Below are positions 33,001 to 44,319 of a DNA stretch of 64,000 bases, in pieces; the stretch's first letter is position 1; each line of letters begins with the position of its first letter. The notes beneath the pieces were generated by a model. The model was not told the DNA's origin, did no database searches, and worked only from the letters and a program-made list of their open reading frames with translations. The position numbers and the translations under genes were made by a program. Source of the stretch: Macrostomum hystrix (taxonomy: Eukaryota; Animalia; Platyhelminthes); contig CATNEN010000011.1 in NCBI GenBank assembly GCA_950097015.1, positions 2,976,001-3,040,000 on the forward strand, read 5' to 3'.

Positions 33001-36000
33001 AATTTTCTCTTTCAGCAGTAATTTAAAGTTTTTCTTAGTCCCTTCTACAGTTATAAATTGCTATTTATTTTATTGCTGGTAAATTTGTGGCAATAAAATA
33101 ACTCCGTTTTTAGCTAAGTTTTTTCCTCCATTTCTATTTTAGCTATTAGTTTTACAGCCGTGAAGAACAGTCATTGCTAATGACCAATATAAGTTCGGCT
33201 TGGTTGTTCTACGCGTAACCCAAATTGCTGAGGGTGAGGCTTCTTAGAAGAACAATTTATTAAGGCGTCATAAAATCTATCTTCACAATGTTTCTCTGCG
33301 CCATATACCAGAGAGTGGTTTATACTGGTTTCAACAATAAGCCTTCTATTGAAGAAAAAAATAGCTATGAATATTTCAGATCCATTGGGTTTCCGTTTAA
33401 GCATATTTAATCATTTTAAATCGTCCGATATTTATGCTCGCCTGAAACTCACACAGAAATCGGCGGGAATTATCATTAGAATCTGCCATAACTTTCACCT
33501 AAATAGTCCAAAACTCTGACAGGAATCCGCTGAAACTGTAAAAGGAATCTTCCGAAACTTTGAAAGGAATCTTCCGAAACTTTAAAAGGAATCTTCCGAA
33601 ACTTTGAAAGGAATCTTCCGAAACTTTGAAAGGATTTTTCTGAAACCATAAAGAGAATCTTCTGAGACTTTCACAGGAATATTCTGAAACTTTAAAATGA
33701 ATATTCCAAAGCTCTCATATGAATCGTCCGAAACTTTAAGAGAAGTTTCCGAAACTTTCATTGGAATCGTCCGCAACTAAAAGATGGAATCTTCTAAAAC
33801 TCTCACATGATTTTTCCGAAACTTTCATTGGAATCGTCCGAAAATCTAACAGGAATCTGCCGAAACTCTGGGAATTGTCTGCGATTCCTAAATGACAGTT
33901 GGTATAATTCTAACAAATTTCCAAATCACACCAAAAAAACCAAAAAACACTGTCCTTGCAGAAGCTAACGCGCCTTGAGCGTCGAATCGGCATGCAGTTT
34001 CGCCACATTCGCCTGCTAGCCCAGAGCCTGTCCTACACTCGAAAATTCAACCAGCTGACACTGTGAGTTGCTTGATTAACACGTTCCTGTTTGAACACAC
34101 CTGTCCATCTGGAACAGCTAATTAGGATTCAATTTGCACGAATTCGTGACTGTAAATAAATGTTATTGCTTCTGTTTTTTTCTGGCTCACCATCTGTTAC
34201 TTTCTTTTCCTTAGTTTATTTTTCAAAATTTCATCTACGCTTTTATTGAGGACTCCCCCCTTTCCCTAGTACCTACCCCCCTCACCCGTTCCTCTCCCTT
34301 TCCCCTCTTCCCTTTCTCTCCCTCTCTCCCGCTAAAAAATAGGGATGTTTCTTTGGGTGATTCCAGTTGGAATCTGCGGTGTTTCCAGAAAAAGAAACAG
34401 CCGAACGCTGGAAACATACCAATCGGATGATTCCATGCTTAGAATCTACCCAACTGGGCGTTTTCTCGGTGCTTCTTGGTGGCGAAATGGAATCACCCAA
34501 AGAATCCTCCAGTTCGGAAGATTCCATGCTCAGAAACCGCCGAGGAATCGCCCGTAAATAATTCTCTGGTTGTCCCATGGGCCACTGGTTCGGGTGATTC
34601 TTCGGCGGTTTCCGCACAATTTACGGTTACATCGGCTGCTTCCTGGGTGGTTTCTTTAACTCTTGCGAGATAGGGGGGATTTTGGTAGATTCCACTCCTA
34701 TTTTGCACAAAAAAACCCGCCGAAGAAGCAGCCGAATTTTTTACAGGGCTCCCCCTTCCTCTTCCCTTCTCCCATTTGGGGGTCGGTGGCAGAGCGGTTA
34801 ACGTATTTGCCTCCCGCACCAAGGTCCCTGAGTTCGATTCCGCGGCGAGGCCACATTCATTTGGGGCGCAGCCGCGTAGAGAAGGCTTTGGGGGCTTGTC
34901 GTGCAATTTACGCCCTCTAGGGCCAACCTCGAAGGTACAGTGAGAGTGTACACTGCCTGACGATGGAGATACTGTGTACAGTATCTGAGTGCGTGTGTGC
35001 TGAGGAGTCAGCGAAATGGACAGAATTGCCTCCTCGCTGGCTGCGGGTCTAGTGTCACTAAATTATGTACCATTGCCCGCAGCCCTCCTGCAATTATTAT
35101 TATTACTACATTATATACCTTCCTCTCCCTCTCTCCCCCTTCCTCTCCCCTTCTCCGCTTTTCTTTTTTTGACTATCCTATTTTCTCTTATTCCCTGTCG
35201 CATATAATGCACACGTGTGTGTATATTAAATAGTTCACTGCATTTGCCTACAGCATGGACAGACAATGCCCGAATCCCAATTAGCGCCGCACTCTCTAGA
35301 CCTGCCTCGATTCTCCCTGTTCAAACTGCCCCGACTCTGTCTTCCTTCCTCCCATGCATCCGCCTCCCCGCATGCCAATCACAGCGCATTGCTTTAACAA
35401 GTGCCCTTTTCCTCCGCCACGGGCACGCGAGCATGCGCAGTGCCCTGATGTGTCTGCCTACTAAACTGTAATCTGACCAACAAGTATGTTTAATTATAGC
35501 TCGTAGTTAGGCGCAATTTCTGCTGCACCTATTCGACTAAATGTGCGAATACGAACCGCTATTTGGAACGTCAGTTGGCCCGTCCTGGTTGCCCTTTCTT
35601 TTCCTCTTGTGGATTTCTTTCGTTCTAGAACATCTGCTACTTAATTAGACTTGTTATCTCTGTGTACTTTTGTTCTCGAAACCTTATCACTATGCTATTG
35701 TCTTCATCTTATATCCTAATTACCTGGTTTAAAAAAGTTCCGTTACTTTTCCTAGACAACGGTACTTTTTAGCATTATTCGATTCTAATTATTTTCAGTT
35801 CTATGTTATGAGTTTTCATTTTCATTCATTTTCTTCTGTTACTTTGTTATTAGCTACCTACAAAAAATGAAATCCACTTCCGTTTCTTTCAAAAATACAT
35901 CCAGTGCTTTCCGTTAATTAAAGTTTCATTCCGTTACTTTAAATTCAATTATTATGCTTAAAAGCTACTTTCGTTGCTTATACTACTTACAGTCTACTTC

Positions 36001-37516
36001 CGTTACTTATTGTCTACTTCCGATACTTATAGTCTACTTCCGTTACTTATTGTCTACTTACGTTACTTATTGTCTACTTCCGATACTTATTGTCTACTTA
36101 CGTTACTTATTGTCTACTTCGATACTTATTTTCCACTCCCGTTACTTTTCCGTTACTTATAACCTAAGTCAGTTATTTATAAAACTTTTTATAACCCGTA
36201 TTTTTTCCTGCTATATCTACTATCGTTACTTAGAAATACAATTACGTTACTTACTATTTTATTCCGTTATTTATTTTATAGCCTAGCCAATTTAGCTAAA
36301 AAACTGTTCTTCCAGTGGCAACAATCAACGCTTGGAGCACCTGGGCGACACTCTACTAAAGTTTGTCACCACCGACTACCTGTTCAAACACTTCCCCTAT
36401 CACCATGAGGGTCACCTGTCAATCTTGCGCAACACAATGGCCAACAAGTACACACAGGGCCAGGTGTGCAAGGATCTAGGCCTCATCGAGTTCATCATCG
36501 AGGACGCCACCTCGGCGCCTTCAGCCGCTGTCATGGCCGACTCGGACTCGAAGATCTTCGCCGACGTTCTAGAAGCATTCGTTGGCGCAATTTTTGTTGA
36601 CAAAGACCTGACCTGGGTCGAGCGCCTCTGCCAGGTGTGCTTCTTTCCTCGCCTAGTTGAATTTATCCTCACCCAGGAGTGGAACGATCCTAAGTCCAAG
36701 CTGCAGCAGTGCTGCCTGACCCTGCGCGATCGCGACAGCAAGCCGGAGCTTGCCCGCTACGTACTGGACAGCTGCTCCGGCGGTGGCGGCAATCGTTGCT
36801 TCCGGATCTCTGTTTATTTTCGCAACGTCAAACTCGGCGAAGGTAGCGGCAAATCGATGAAGATTGCCCAGATGAATGCGGCTAAGAATGCCTTGCAGCA
36901 GAACCAGGCCAGCTTCCCAGTGCTGCAGTTTCACCAGCAGGTCATTGAGCAGAGGTACTCACCTTCACTCAGAGCCAGCATGCTGGCCAAGGTCTATGAC
37001 AATGACGCCGCCTTGGTCACCGCTTTCACTCACGTCGACGGCGACACTCCGCTGTACGATCACGGCCCTGCTGACGGCGCTGACGCCGACAACGGCGCTG
37101 AAGACAGCTTTAACGAGGACGAAGAAATAGACGACGATGTCGACGATGAGAATGAGCGAAGCAATTCGCGTGCTGTTGGCAGGCGGAGTTCTAGCCAAGC
37201 TGCTGCTGCTGCCGCCGCCCCAGCTGAGGACAATATGATGCTAGAGATCACCGACGATGAAGACGAACTTGAAGAAGAAGATTCTGAACAGTCCGCTGTG
37301 CGAAGCCAACGCAGCAGCAGCAGCAGCAGCGACACCAGGAGTTCCGCCAGCTCCTCTTCCACTAGCGACGGCAGTGAGTCGGCAGAAGTCGGCAAGAAGC
37401 GAAGACGACTTGCCGATCGGTTTCAACGCAGCGAAGGTCAAGGAGATCAAGGAGCCGCCTCTGGTAGTCGGAATCCGACGGGCACCCTGCTTGATCTGTT
37501 TCAAGATCGGCTGTGA
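16992..37516 (+). CDS. DROSHA: Drosha (RNase III, Microprocessor), 1463 aa; exons 16992-18065, 18824-19114, 19683-21407, 33962-34062, 36316-37516
   Basis: Pro-rich N-terminus; LWYNEPGELNDGPRCYC and the central domain (HHYRI, YQFDGFGMLSH, TIRVDQVDR, TGLRPDVTQFALLLP); RIIIDa NDRLEYLGDAVVELIV and SDAFEAFMAAVYLD; RIIIDb NNQRLEHLGD and ADVLEAFVGAIFVD; CFFPRLVEFILTQEWNDPKSKLQQCCLTLR and a dsRBD. All junctions are GT-AG and in frame (4392 nt total). Confidence 0.96.
18134..18407. repeat. Perfect 21-bp array (CTCTTGTGCTGGTGAGTGACT) x13
   Basis: Identical units in Drosha intron 1. Confidence 0.95.
18408..18680 (+). mobile_element. tRNA-derived SINE family A, copy 1 (3'-truncated)
   Basis: A-box TGGCAAAGCGG, degenerate B-box TAGCTCGATTCC; body colinear with 34778-35110. 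Confidence 0.75.
18824..19114 (+). CDS. DROSHA: Drosha coding exon 2
   Basis: TTTAG|GCG...HPQKLNPHLWYNEPGELNDGPRCYCKPEYQ|GTGAGT. Confidence 0.92.
19230..19450. repeat. 12-bp minisatellite (ACTAATGGCTGA)
   Basis: Drosha intron 2. Confidence 0.85.
19683..21407 (+). CDS. DROSHA: Drosha coding exon 3 (central domain and RIIIDa)
   Basis: TTTTAG|GTC...GNDRLEYLGD...HPIQLEYPDGDRHLLGLHPKLK|GTAGGC. Confidence 0.95.
21440..21760 (+). mobile_element. SINE family A, copy 2 (head largely deleted)
   Basis: Body GGGGCGCAGCCGCGGAGAGAA...GTGTACACTGCCTGACGATGA...GCCCGCAGCCCTCC followed by a TTATTACT tail. Confidence 0.75.
22480..22865. repeat. 23-bp minisatellite (GTGTACGACTGTCTGTAACTGTA) interrupted by a unique insert
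   Basis: Direct inspection. Confidence 0.9.
23880..24010 (-). mobile_element. Degenerate SINE-B-related fragment
   Basis: Minus strand GGGAGTTTGAATCTCAG...AGACACTTATTCCTCACTG...TGTACATCTGGCCCAA shares the head, core and tail motifs. Confidence 0.4.
25820..26697 (-). mobile_element. Mariner (DD34D) transposon, 5'-truncated and pseudogenised
   Basis: Minus strand: TVRELAEIVGIS, ARWVPKLLT, RIVTGDESW, QQDNARPHT...HPPYSSDLAPSDYWLF (34 residues between the second and third Asp), GIEKLPERWHKC..KGTYIE. Contains stops and a frameshift; eroded TIR-like GTTCGGAAAGTTCG near 25827. Confidence 0.92.
28414..30450 (-). mobile_element. Crypton-like tyrosine-recombinase element with N-terminal C2H2-like zinc fingers; disrupted; longest intact ORF 29982-28816
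   Basis: YR-type catalytic series: NASRP (R, 29229), FKVHKHKTANIYG (K), TAYRK (R), QLVHRENVARQSY (H...Y). Zn-finger-like YVCPFP...RLSQHIRESH and CPKCGLLYLKRALNQHLEYTH. One continuous frame 30195-28414 with four internal stops, plus a 1-nt frameshift near 30197. Confidence 0.75.
32740..32940. repeat. Degenerate ~22-bp array (AAACTCTGACAGGAATCGTCTC)
   Basis: Direct inspection. Confidence 0.75.
33500..33880. repeat. ~22-bp array (GGAATCTTCCGAAACTTTGAAA)
   Basis: Direct inspection. Confidence 0.8.
33962..34062 (+). CDS. DROSHA: Drosha coding exon 4 (101 nt; not in the ORF track)
   Basis: TTGCAG|KLTRLERRIGMQFRHIRLLAQSLSYTRKFNQLT-ct|GTGAGT aligns with the Drosha segment KLTEFEEAIGVIFTHVRLLARAFT; phase 0 in and phase 2 out match the neighbouring exons. 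Confidence 0.92.
34328..34748. mobile_element. Non-autonomous DNA transposon (MITE), CMC/EnSpm-like, copy 2
   Basis: Same termini, 2-bp TSD CT/CT, different flanks. Confidence 0.8.
34778..35110 (+). mobile_element. SINE family A, copy 3 (full length)
   Basis: tRNA-like head GGGGGTCGGTGGCAGAGCGGTTAA (A-box 34787-34797), B-box GAGTTCGATTCC (34830-34841), shared body, (ATT)n tail. Confidence 0.8.
35970..36180. repeat. 20-bp array (CCGTTACTTATTGTCTACTT)
   Basis: Drosha intron 4. Confidence 0.85.
36316..37516 (+). CDS. DROSHA: Drosha coding exon 5 (RIIIDb, dsRBD, acidic tail)
   Basis: TTCCAG|t-GNNQRLEHLGD...WNDPKSKLQQCCLTLR; TGA stop ends at 37516. Confidence 0.95.
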
Positions 37517-37589
37517 GAAGAATTCCGATTGATTTTCTGTGGTGACTATCATAGCTATTTCACTCATTATACACTTTGATTGCAATGCC

Positions 37590-37950
37590 TTGTGTTAACT
37601 TTAGTAAACCATTTTTATCTAGTAACTGTAGATTCTTTAGAGATCTGTCTAGTGTCTTTTCATTCTTAAGATATTTATCTATAGTCTCTAGATACTTAAG
37701 TAATCTATTGAAAGTCTCGAGATTTTTATTAGATCTATCTGGTGTCTTTAGATTCATAATGTATCTATCTAGAGTCTATAGATTCATAATAGATCTGTAG
37801 ATTCCTCAAAGATCTATCTAGAGTATCTATATTCGTTATATATCTATCTACTGTCTATAGATTCTCAATAGATCTATCTGTTGTCTATAGATTCTTGGAA
37901 AATATATCTATTGTCAATAGATCGTTGACAGATCTATCTAGTGTCTATAG
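37590..37950. repeat. Degenerate array (GATCTATCTAGTGTCTATAGATTC-like)
   Basis: Downstream of the Drosha stop. Confidence 0.7.
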
Positions 37951-38026
37951 TTCCTGGATAAAAATGTTCATATAGTTAGCCTTTACACCATTTTTATAAG
38001 ATTTTAATGTCTCCGCGATCATGGGC

Positions 38027-38032
38027 AATAAA
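38027..38032 (+). terminator. Candidate polyadenylation signal of Drosha
   Basis: AATAAA about 510 nt after the stop codon, just before the large 20-bp array. Confidence 0.3.
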
Positions 38033-38239
38033 TTACTTATCTTAAAGTTTCGATTCGGTTTTCAACTTGCCTTTATTTACTTATTAAGTACTAGTTTAAT
38101 AATGATTACAAATTGTAATGCTTACGATTGTCTTTGGTAGCTTAAATTTAGGCAATGAAAACTGTCCTGCCTTCATTGTACTCGTTTTATATTACTTACT
38201 AAAATTATTAAGGCAACACCAGTTTATTTTTAATTACAT

Positions 38240-40440
38240 GGGACATCTGGATAGAATATCTAGAAACTAGAGAGGATATCTAGAAAATAAATAGGAAATC
38301 TAGAAACTAGTTAGGATATCTAGAAACTGGATAGGATATCTGGAAACTAGATAGGATATCTAGAAACTAGTTAGGATATCTAGAAACTGGATAGTATATC
38401 TAGAAACTAGTTAGGATATCTAGAAACTGGATAGTATATCTAGAAACTAGTTAGGATATCTAGAAACTGGATAGGATATCTAGAAACTAGTTAGGATATC
38501 AAGAAACTAGTTAGTATATCTAGAAACTAGTTAGGATATCTAGAAACTGGATAGTATATCTAGAAACTAGTTAGGATATCAAGAAACTAGTTAGTATATC
38601 TAGAAACTAGTTAGGATATCTAGAAACTGGATAGTATATCTAGAAACTAGTTAGGATATCTAGAAACTGGATAGGATATCTAGAAACTGGATAGTATATC
38701 TAGAAACTAGTTAGTATATCTAGAAACTAGTTAGTATATCTAGAAACTGGATAGTATATCTAGAAACTAGTTAGGATATCTAGAAACTAGTTAGGATATC
38801 AAGAAACTAGTTAGTATATCTAGAAACTAGTTAGGATATCTAGAAACTGGATAGTATATCTAGAAACTAGTTAGGATATCTAGAAACTGGATAGGATATC
38901 TAGAAACTGGTTAGTATATCTAGAAACTGGATAGTATATCTAGAAACTAGTTAGGATATCTAGAAACTGGATAGTATATCTAGAAACTAGTTAGGATATC
39001 AAGAAACTGGATAGTATATCTAGAAACTAGTTAGGATATCAAGAAACTAGTTAGTATATCTAGAAACTAGTTAGGATATCTAGAAACTGGATAGTATATC
39101 TAGAAACTAGTTAGGATATCTAGAAACTGGTTAGTATATCTAGAAACTGGATAGTATATCTAGAAACTAGTTAGGATATCTAGAAACTGGATAGTATATC
39201 TAGAAACTAGTTAGGATATCAAGAAACTGGATAGTATATCTAGAAACTAGTTAGGATATCAAGAAACTAGTTAGTATATCTAGAAACTAGTTAGGATATC
39301 TAGAAACTGGATAGTATATCTAGAAACTAGTTAGGATATCAAGAAACTAGTTAGTATATCTAGAAACTAGTTAGGATATCTAGAAACTGGATAGTATATC
39401 TAGAAACTAGTTAGGATATCTAGAAACTGGATAGGATATCTAGAATCTGGATAGTATATCTAGAAACTAGTTAGTATATCTAGAAACTAGTTAGTATATC
39501 TAGAAACTGGATAGTATATCTAGAAACTAGTTAGGATATCTAGAAACTAGTTAGGATATCAAGAAACTAGTTAGTATATCTAGAAACTAGTTAGGATATC
39601 TAGAAACTGGATAGTATATCTAGAAACTAGTTAGGATATCTAGAAACTGGATAGTATATCTAGAAACTGGTTAGTATATCTAGAAACTGGATAGTATATC
39701 TAGAAACTAGTTAGGATATCTAGAAACTGGATAGTATATCTAGAAACTAGTTAGGATATCAAGAAACTGGATAGTATATCTAGAAACTAGTTAGGATATC
39801 AAGAAACTAGTTAGTATATCTAGAAACTAGTTAGGATATCTAGAAACTGGATAGTATATCTAGAAACTAGTTAGGATATCTAGAAACTGGATAGGATATC
39901 TAGAAACTGGATAGTATATCTAGAAACTAGTTAGTATATCTAGAAACTAGTTAGTATATCTAGAAACTAGTTAGTATATCTAGAAACTAGTTAGGATATC
40001 TAGAAACTGGATAGTATATCTAGAAACTAGTTAGTATATCTAGAAACTAGTTAGTATATCTAGAAACTGGATAGTATATCTAGAAACTAGTTAGGATATC
40101 TAGAAACTAGTTAGGATATCTAGAAACTAGTTAGGATATCTAGAAACTGGATAGTATATCTAGAAACTGGATAGTATATCTAGAAACTGAATAGGATATC
40201 TAGAAACTGGATAGGATATCTAGAAACTAGTTAGGATATCTAGAAACTAGATAGTATATCTAGAAACTAGTTAGGATATCTAGAAACTAGTTAGGATATC
40301 TAGAAACTGGATAGGATATCTATAAACTGGATAGTATATCTAGAAACTGGAAAGGATATCTATAAACTCGATAGGATATCTAGAAACTGGATAGGATATC
40401 TAGAAACTAGATAGGATATCTATAAACTGGATAGGATATC
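38240..40440. repeat. 20-bp minisatellite (TAGAAACTAGTTAGGATATC and variants), ~110 units
   Basis: Direct inspection. Confidence 0.97.
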
Positions 40441-41039
40441 TATAAAGTGCATCGTACATCTAGATAGTATATTCAGTTGCTCAAAATACCAATTTGCCTG
40501 CATGACTTGACTACAATTTTACTCAATGCATTAAATATGTGACCGAATATTTATCTGTGCTTTCTTTACTTGGACAAAAGTAAAATTTCCGAACTAAGTA
40601 ATAAAGCATGACTTCATCTAAGCCTTCAAAATGCCTTTAGTTACTACATTCAGTTAGACAAAAACGTCTAATTTTATTCACATTCGCACACTACTGGCAC
40701 ACTTCGTAATCCATAATAAAACCAGTGATTTTAAGCTTGAAAATGTCAAGCGCTTGAAAAAAACTAATAATTTGTTATTTACAGTTTTACTCGATTGTTT
40801 TAACATTGTATTTTCTTATCTGTTTGTACTACTTTTAGCTAAAAGAGAGACAGAGACGTAATGAAGACGAAACTGAGAAAGAGGGTGAGATAGACGGAGA
40901 CAAGCGATCGTGAGATATTCGATATAGTTTATGAGATAAAAGGAGAGAATTGAGATGGAAGGAGAGAGACTGTGAGATGAAACGAGAAAGACTGTGAGGT
41001 AGAAGGAGAGAAATTGAGATGGAAGGAGAGAGATAGTAA

Positions 41040-41520
41040 GATAAAGACGCGGAGAGGGTGAGAAATACAGAGGGGAAAGGGAGACAGACTGAGGGGAGAG
41101 GGTGAGATAGACAAAGGGGAAAGGGTGAGATAGACAGAGGGGAGGGTGAGATAGACAAAGGGGAAAGGGTGAGATAGACAAAGGGGAAAGGGTGAGATAT
41201 ACAAAGGGGAAAGGGTAAGATAGACAAGGGGGAAAGCGTGAGATAGACAGAGGGGAAAGGGTGAGATAGACAGAGGGGAGGGTAAGATAGACAGAGGGGA
41301 AGGGTGAGATAGACAGAGGGGAAATGGTGAGATAGACAGAGATTAGAGGGTGAGATAGACAGAGGGGAAGGGTGAGATAGACAGAGGGGAAATGGTGAGA
41401 TAGACAGAGATTAGAGGGTGAGATAGGCAGAGGGGAAATGGTGAGATAGACAGAGATTAGAGGGTGAGATAGGCAGAGGGGAAATGGTGAGATAGACAGA
41501 GATTAGAGGGTGAGATAGAC
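41040..41520. repeat. ~22-24-bp purine-rich array (GGGTGAGATAGACAGAGGGGA)
   Basis: Direct inspection. Confidence 0.9.
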
Positions 41521-41984
41521 AGGGCTAAGGATTAGTTATGTTAGCGCAGTTCTCGCAGCTCAATGACATTCAGTAGTGAGCCAAAAAGTTCAGCGATTCA
41601 GTTGAAGTTCGGCAGGTCGCATTTTTATTTCCCATCGGATGTCAAAGCTGGGAACATTAGCAGTCGTCTTTTTTCCAAATTTTATTTGATAACCTTGTAG
41701 CGTATGGGCCGTGCTATCAGTGGCACGAAAATTTGGCAACAATCATTTATGTTCGAACTGTGTCTACCAAGCTGCGATCAGATGTCAGTGGAATATGCGG
41801 CCATTGCAGACTGGCATTTTAAAATGCCCCTCGTCAAGTGTGCACTTTTCGTGGCTATCTGTGTGGCAATTTCAGTTGATCTTTTTCTCGCCGAACTTTT
41901 CGGTTAAGCAAAACTTCTGCTTTTAAAGGCATTCTTACTTCTCTAGTTGTTCAATGTCTGGAAGTTTTAAAGGTTTCGGGCAGA

Positions 41985-43800
41985 CACATTTCTGAAATTG
42001 AAAGTTTCTGTGAGACATTCATTCCGAAATTGAAAGTTTCTGTGAGACATTCATTCCGAAATTGAAAGTTTCTGTGAGACATTTATTCTGAAATTGAAAG
42101 TTTCTGTGAGACATTTATTCCGAAATTGAAAGTTTCTGTGAGACATTTATTCCGAAATTGAAAGTTTCTGTGAGACATTCATTCCGAAATTGAAAGTTTC
42201 TGTGAGACATTTATTCCGAAATTGAAAGTTTCTGTGAGACATTTATTCCGAAATTGAAAGTTTCTGTGGGACATTCATTCCGAAATTGAAAGTTTCTGTG
42301 AGACATTTATTCCGAAATTGAAAGTTTCTGTGAGACATTTATTCCGAAATTGAAAGTTTCTGTGAGACATTTATTCCGAAATTGAAAGTTTCTGTGAGAC
42401 ATTTATTCCGAAATTGAAAGTTTCTGTGAGACATTCATTCCGAAATTGAAAGTTTCTGTGAGACATTCATTCCGAAATTGAAAGTTTCTGTGAGACATTC
42501 ATTCCGAAATTGAAAGTTTCTGTGAGACATTCATTCCGAAATTGAAAGTTTCTGTGAGACATTTATTCCGAAATTGAAAGTTTCTGTGAGACATTTATTC
42601 CGAAATTGAAAGTTTCTGTGAGACATTCATTCCGAAATTGAAAGTTTCTGTGAGACATTTATTCCGAAATTGAAAGTTTCTGTGAGACATTTATTCCGAA
42701 ATTGAAAGTTTCTGTGAGACATTTATTCCGAAATTGACAGTTTCTGTGAGACATTCATTCCGAAATTGAAAGTTTCTGTGAGACATTCATTCCGAAATTG
42801 AAAGTTTCTGTGAGACATTTATTCCGAAATTGACAGTTTCTGTGAGACATTCATTCCGAAATTGAAAGTTTCTGTGAGACATTTATTCCGAAATTGAAAG
42901 TTTCTATGAGACATTTATTCCGAAATTAAAAGTTTCTGTGAGACATTTATTCCGAAATTGAAAGTTTCTGTGAGACATTTATTCCGAAATTGACAGTTTC
43001 TGTGAGACATTCATTCCGAAATTGAAAGTTTCTGTGAGACATTCATTCCGAAATTGAAAGTTTCTGTGAGACATTTATTCCGAAATTGAAAGTTTCTGTG
43101 AGACATTCATTCCGAAATTGAAAGTTTCTGTGAGACATTTATTCCGAAATTGAAAGTTTCTGTGAGACATTTATTCCGAAATTGAAAGTTTCTGTGAGAC
43201 ATTCATTCCGAAATTGAAAGTTTCTGTGAGACATTCATTCCGGAATCAAAAGTTTCTGTGAGACATTTATTCCGAAATTGAAAGTTTCTGTGAGACATTC
43301 ATTCCGGAATTGAAAGTTTCTGTGAGACATTTATTCCGAAATTGAAAGTTTCTGTGAGACATTCATTCCGAAATTGAAAGTTTCTGTGAGACATTCATTC
43401 CGAAATTGAAAGTTTCTGTGAGACACTCATTCCGAAATTGAAAGTTTCTGTGAGACATTCATTCCGAAATTAAAAGTTTCTGTGAGACATTCATTCCGAA
43501 ATTGAAAGTTTCTGTGAGACATTCATTCCGAAATTGAAAGTTTCTGTGAGACATTCATTCCGAAATTGAAAGTTTCTGTGAGACATTCATTCCGAAATTG
43601 AAAGTTTCTGTGAGACATTCATTCCGAAATTGAAAGTTTCTGTGAGACATTCATTCCGAAATTAAAAGTTTCTGTGAGACATTCATTCCGAAATTGAAAG
43701 TTTCTGTGAGACATTCATTCCGAAATTGAAAGTTTCTGTGAGACATTCATTCCGAAATTGAAAGTTTCTGTGAGACATTCATTCCGAAATTGAAAGTTTC
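41985..43800. repeat. 32-bp minisatellite (TTCCGAAATTGAAAGTTTCTGTGAGACATT(C/T)A), ~57 units
   Basis: Direct inspection; no spacers. Confidence 0.97.
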
Positions 43801-44319
43801 GGTGCTGACATTTTCGAAATTGGATATTTCGGTGCTGACACATTTCAGAAGTCGAAAGTTTCGGTCTCATTATCCTGCAGATGTTGCTTCCTTACTGAAT
43901 TGTTTCCTTCTTGTTTCCTAATTTTCAATTGACTCATACTTTTCAGAAGCATTCGTTAAATGAAGTTCTGTAAACCTAGTCTAACATGCAATTAGCGACA
44001 TTCTTAATTACGCAGAGCACGAGTTGTTGTGCTTTACCAACGTAGGGAAAATATGGGAGATTGCTTCTGTAGAGGTTATTTAGCGTGCTCCTCCTATTTT
44101 TCCTGGATTACCATTAATAAAAGATTGTATCGCATTGGCCTCGTGTGGACAAATATTTCTTTGAGTTGTTAATTTGCTTGCGAATTCGGAAGACAACATT
44201 AGTTAGGCAATGATTTTTTACAACTCCCTCCTTCAGCGTCATTTGTTAGCAGAAACAGAATCTGAAATTGGCTTAGAAATTAATGAGGCAAGACAGTTGA
44301 GGATAAGATCAGATTGATG

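Noticed and set aside
34778-34850. Functional tRNA gene
   Set aside because: A and B boxes are present, but the acceptor stem does not close and the sequence continues into a multi-copy body with an (ATT)n tail, so it is a SINE head.
35217-35471. Internal promoter in Drosha intron 4 (CCAAT and GCATGCGCAG motifs)
   Set aside because: Short motifs occur by chance and no downstream transcript unit is evident.
41985-43800. CRISPR-like array (32-bp repeats)
   Set aside because: Units are head-to-tail with no unique spacers, there are no cas genes, and the context is eukaryotic. The same applies to the 46-bp array at 54505.
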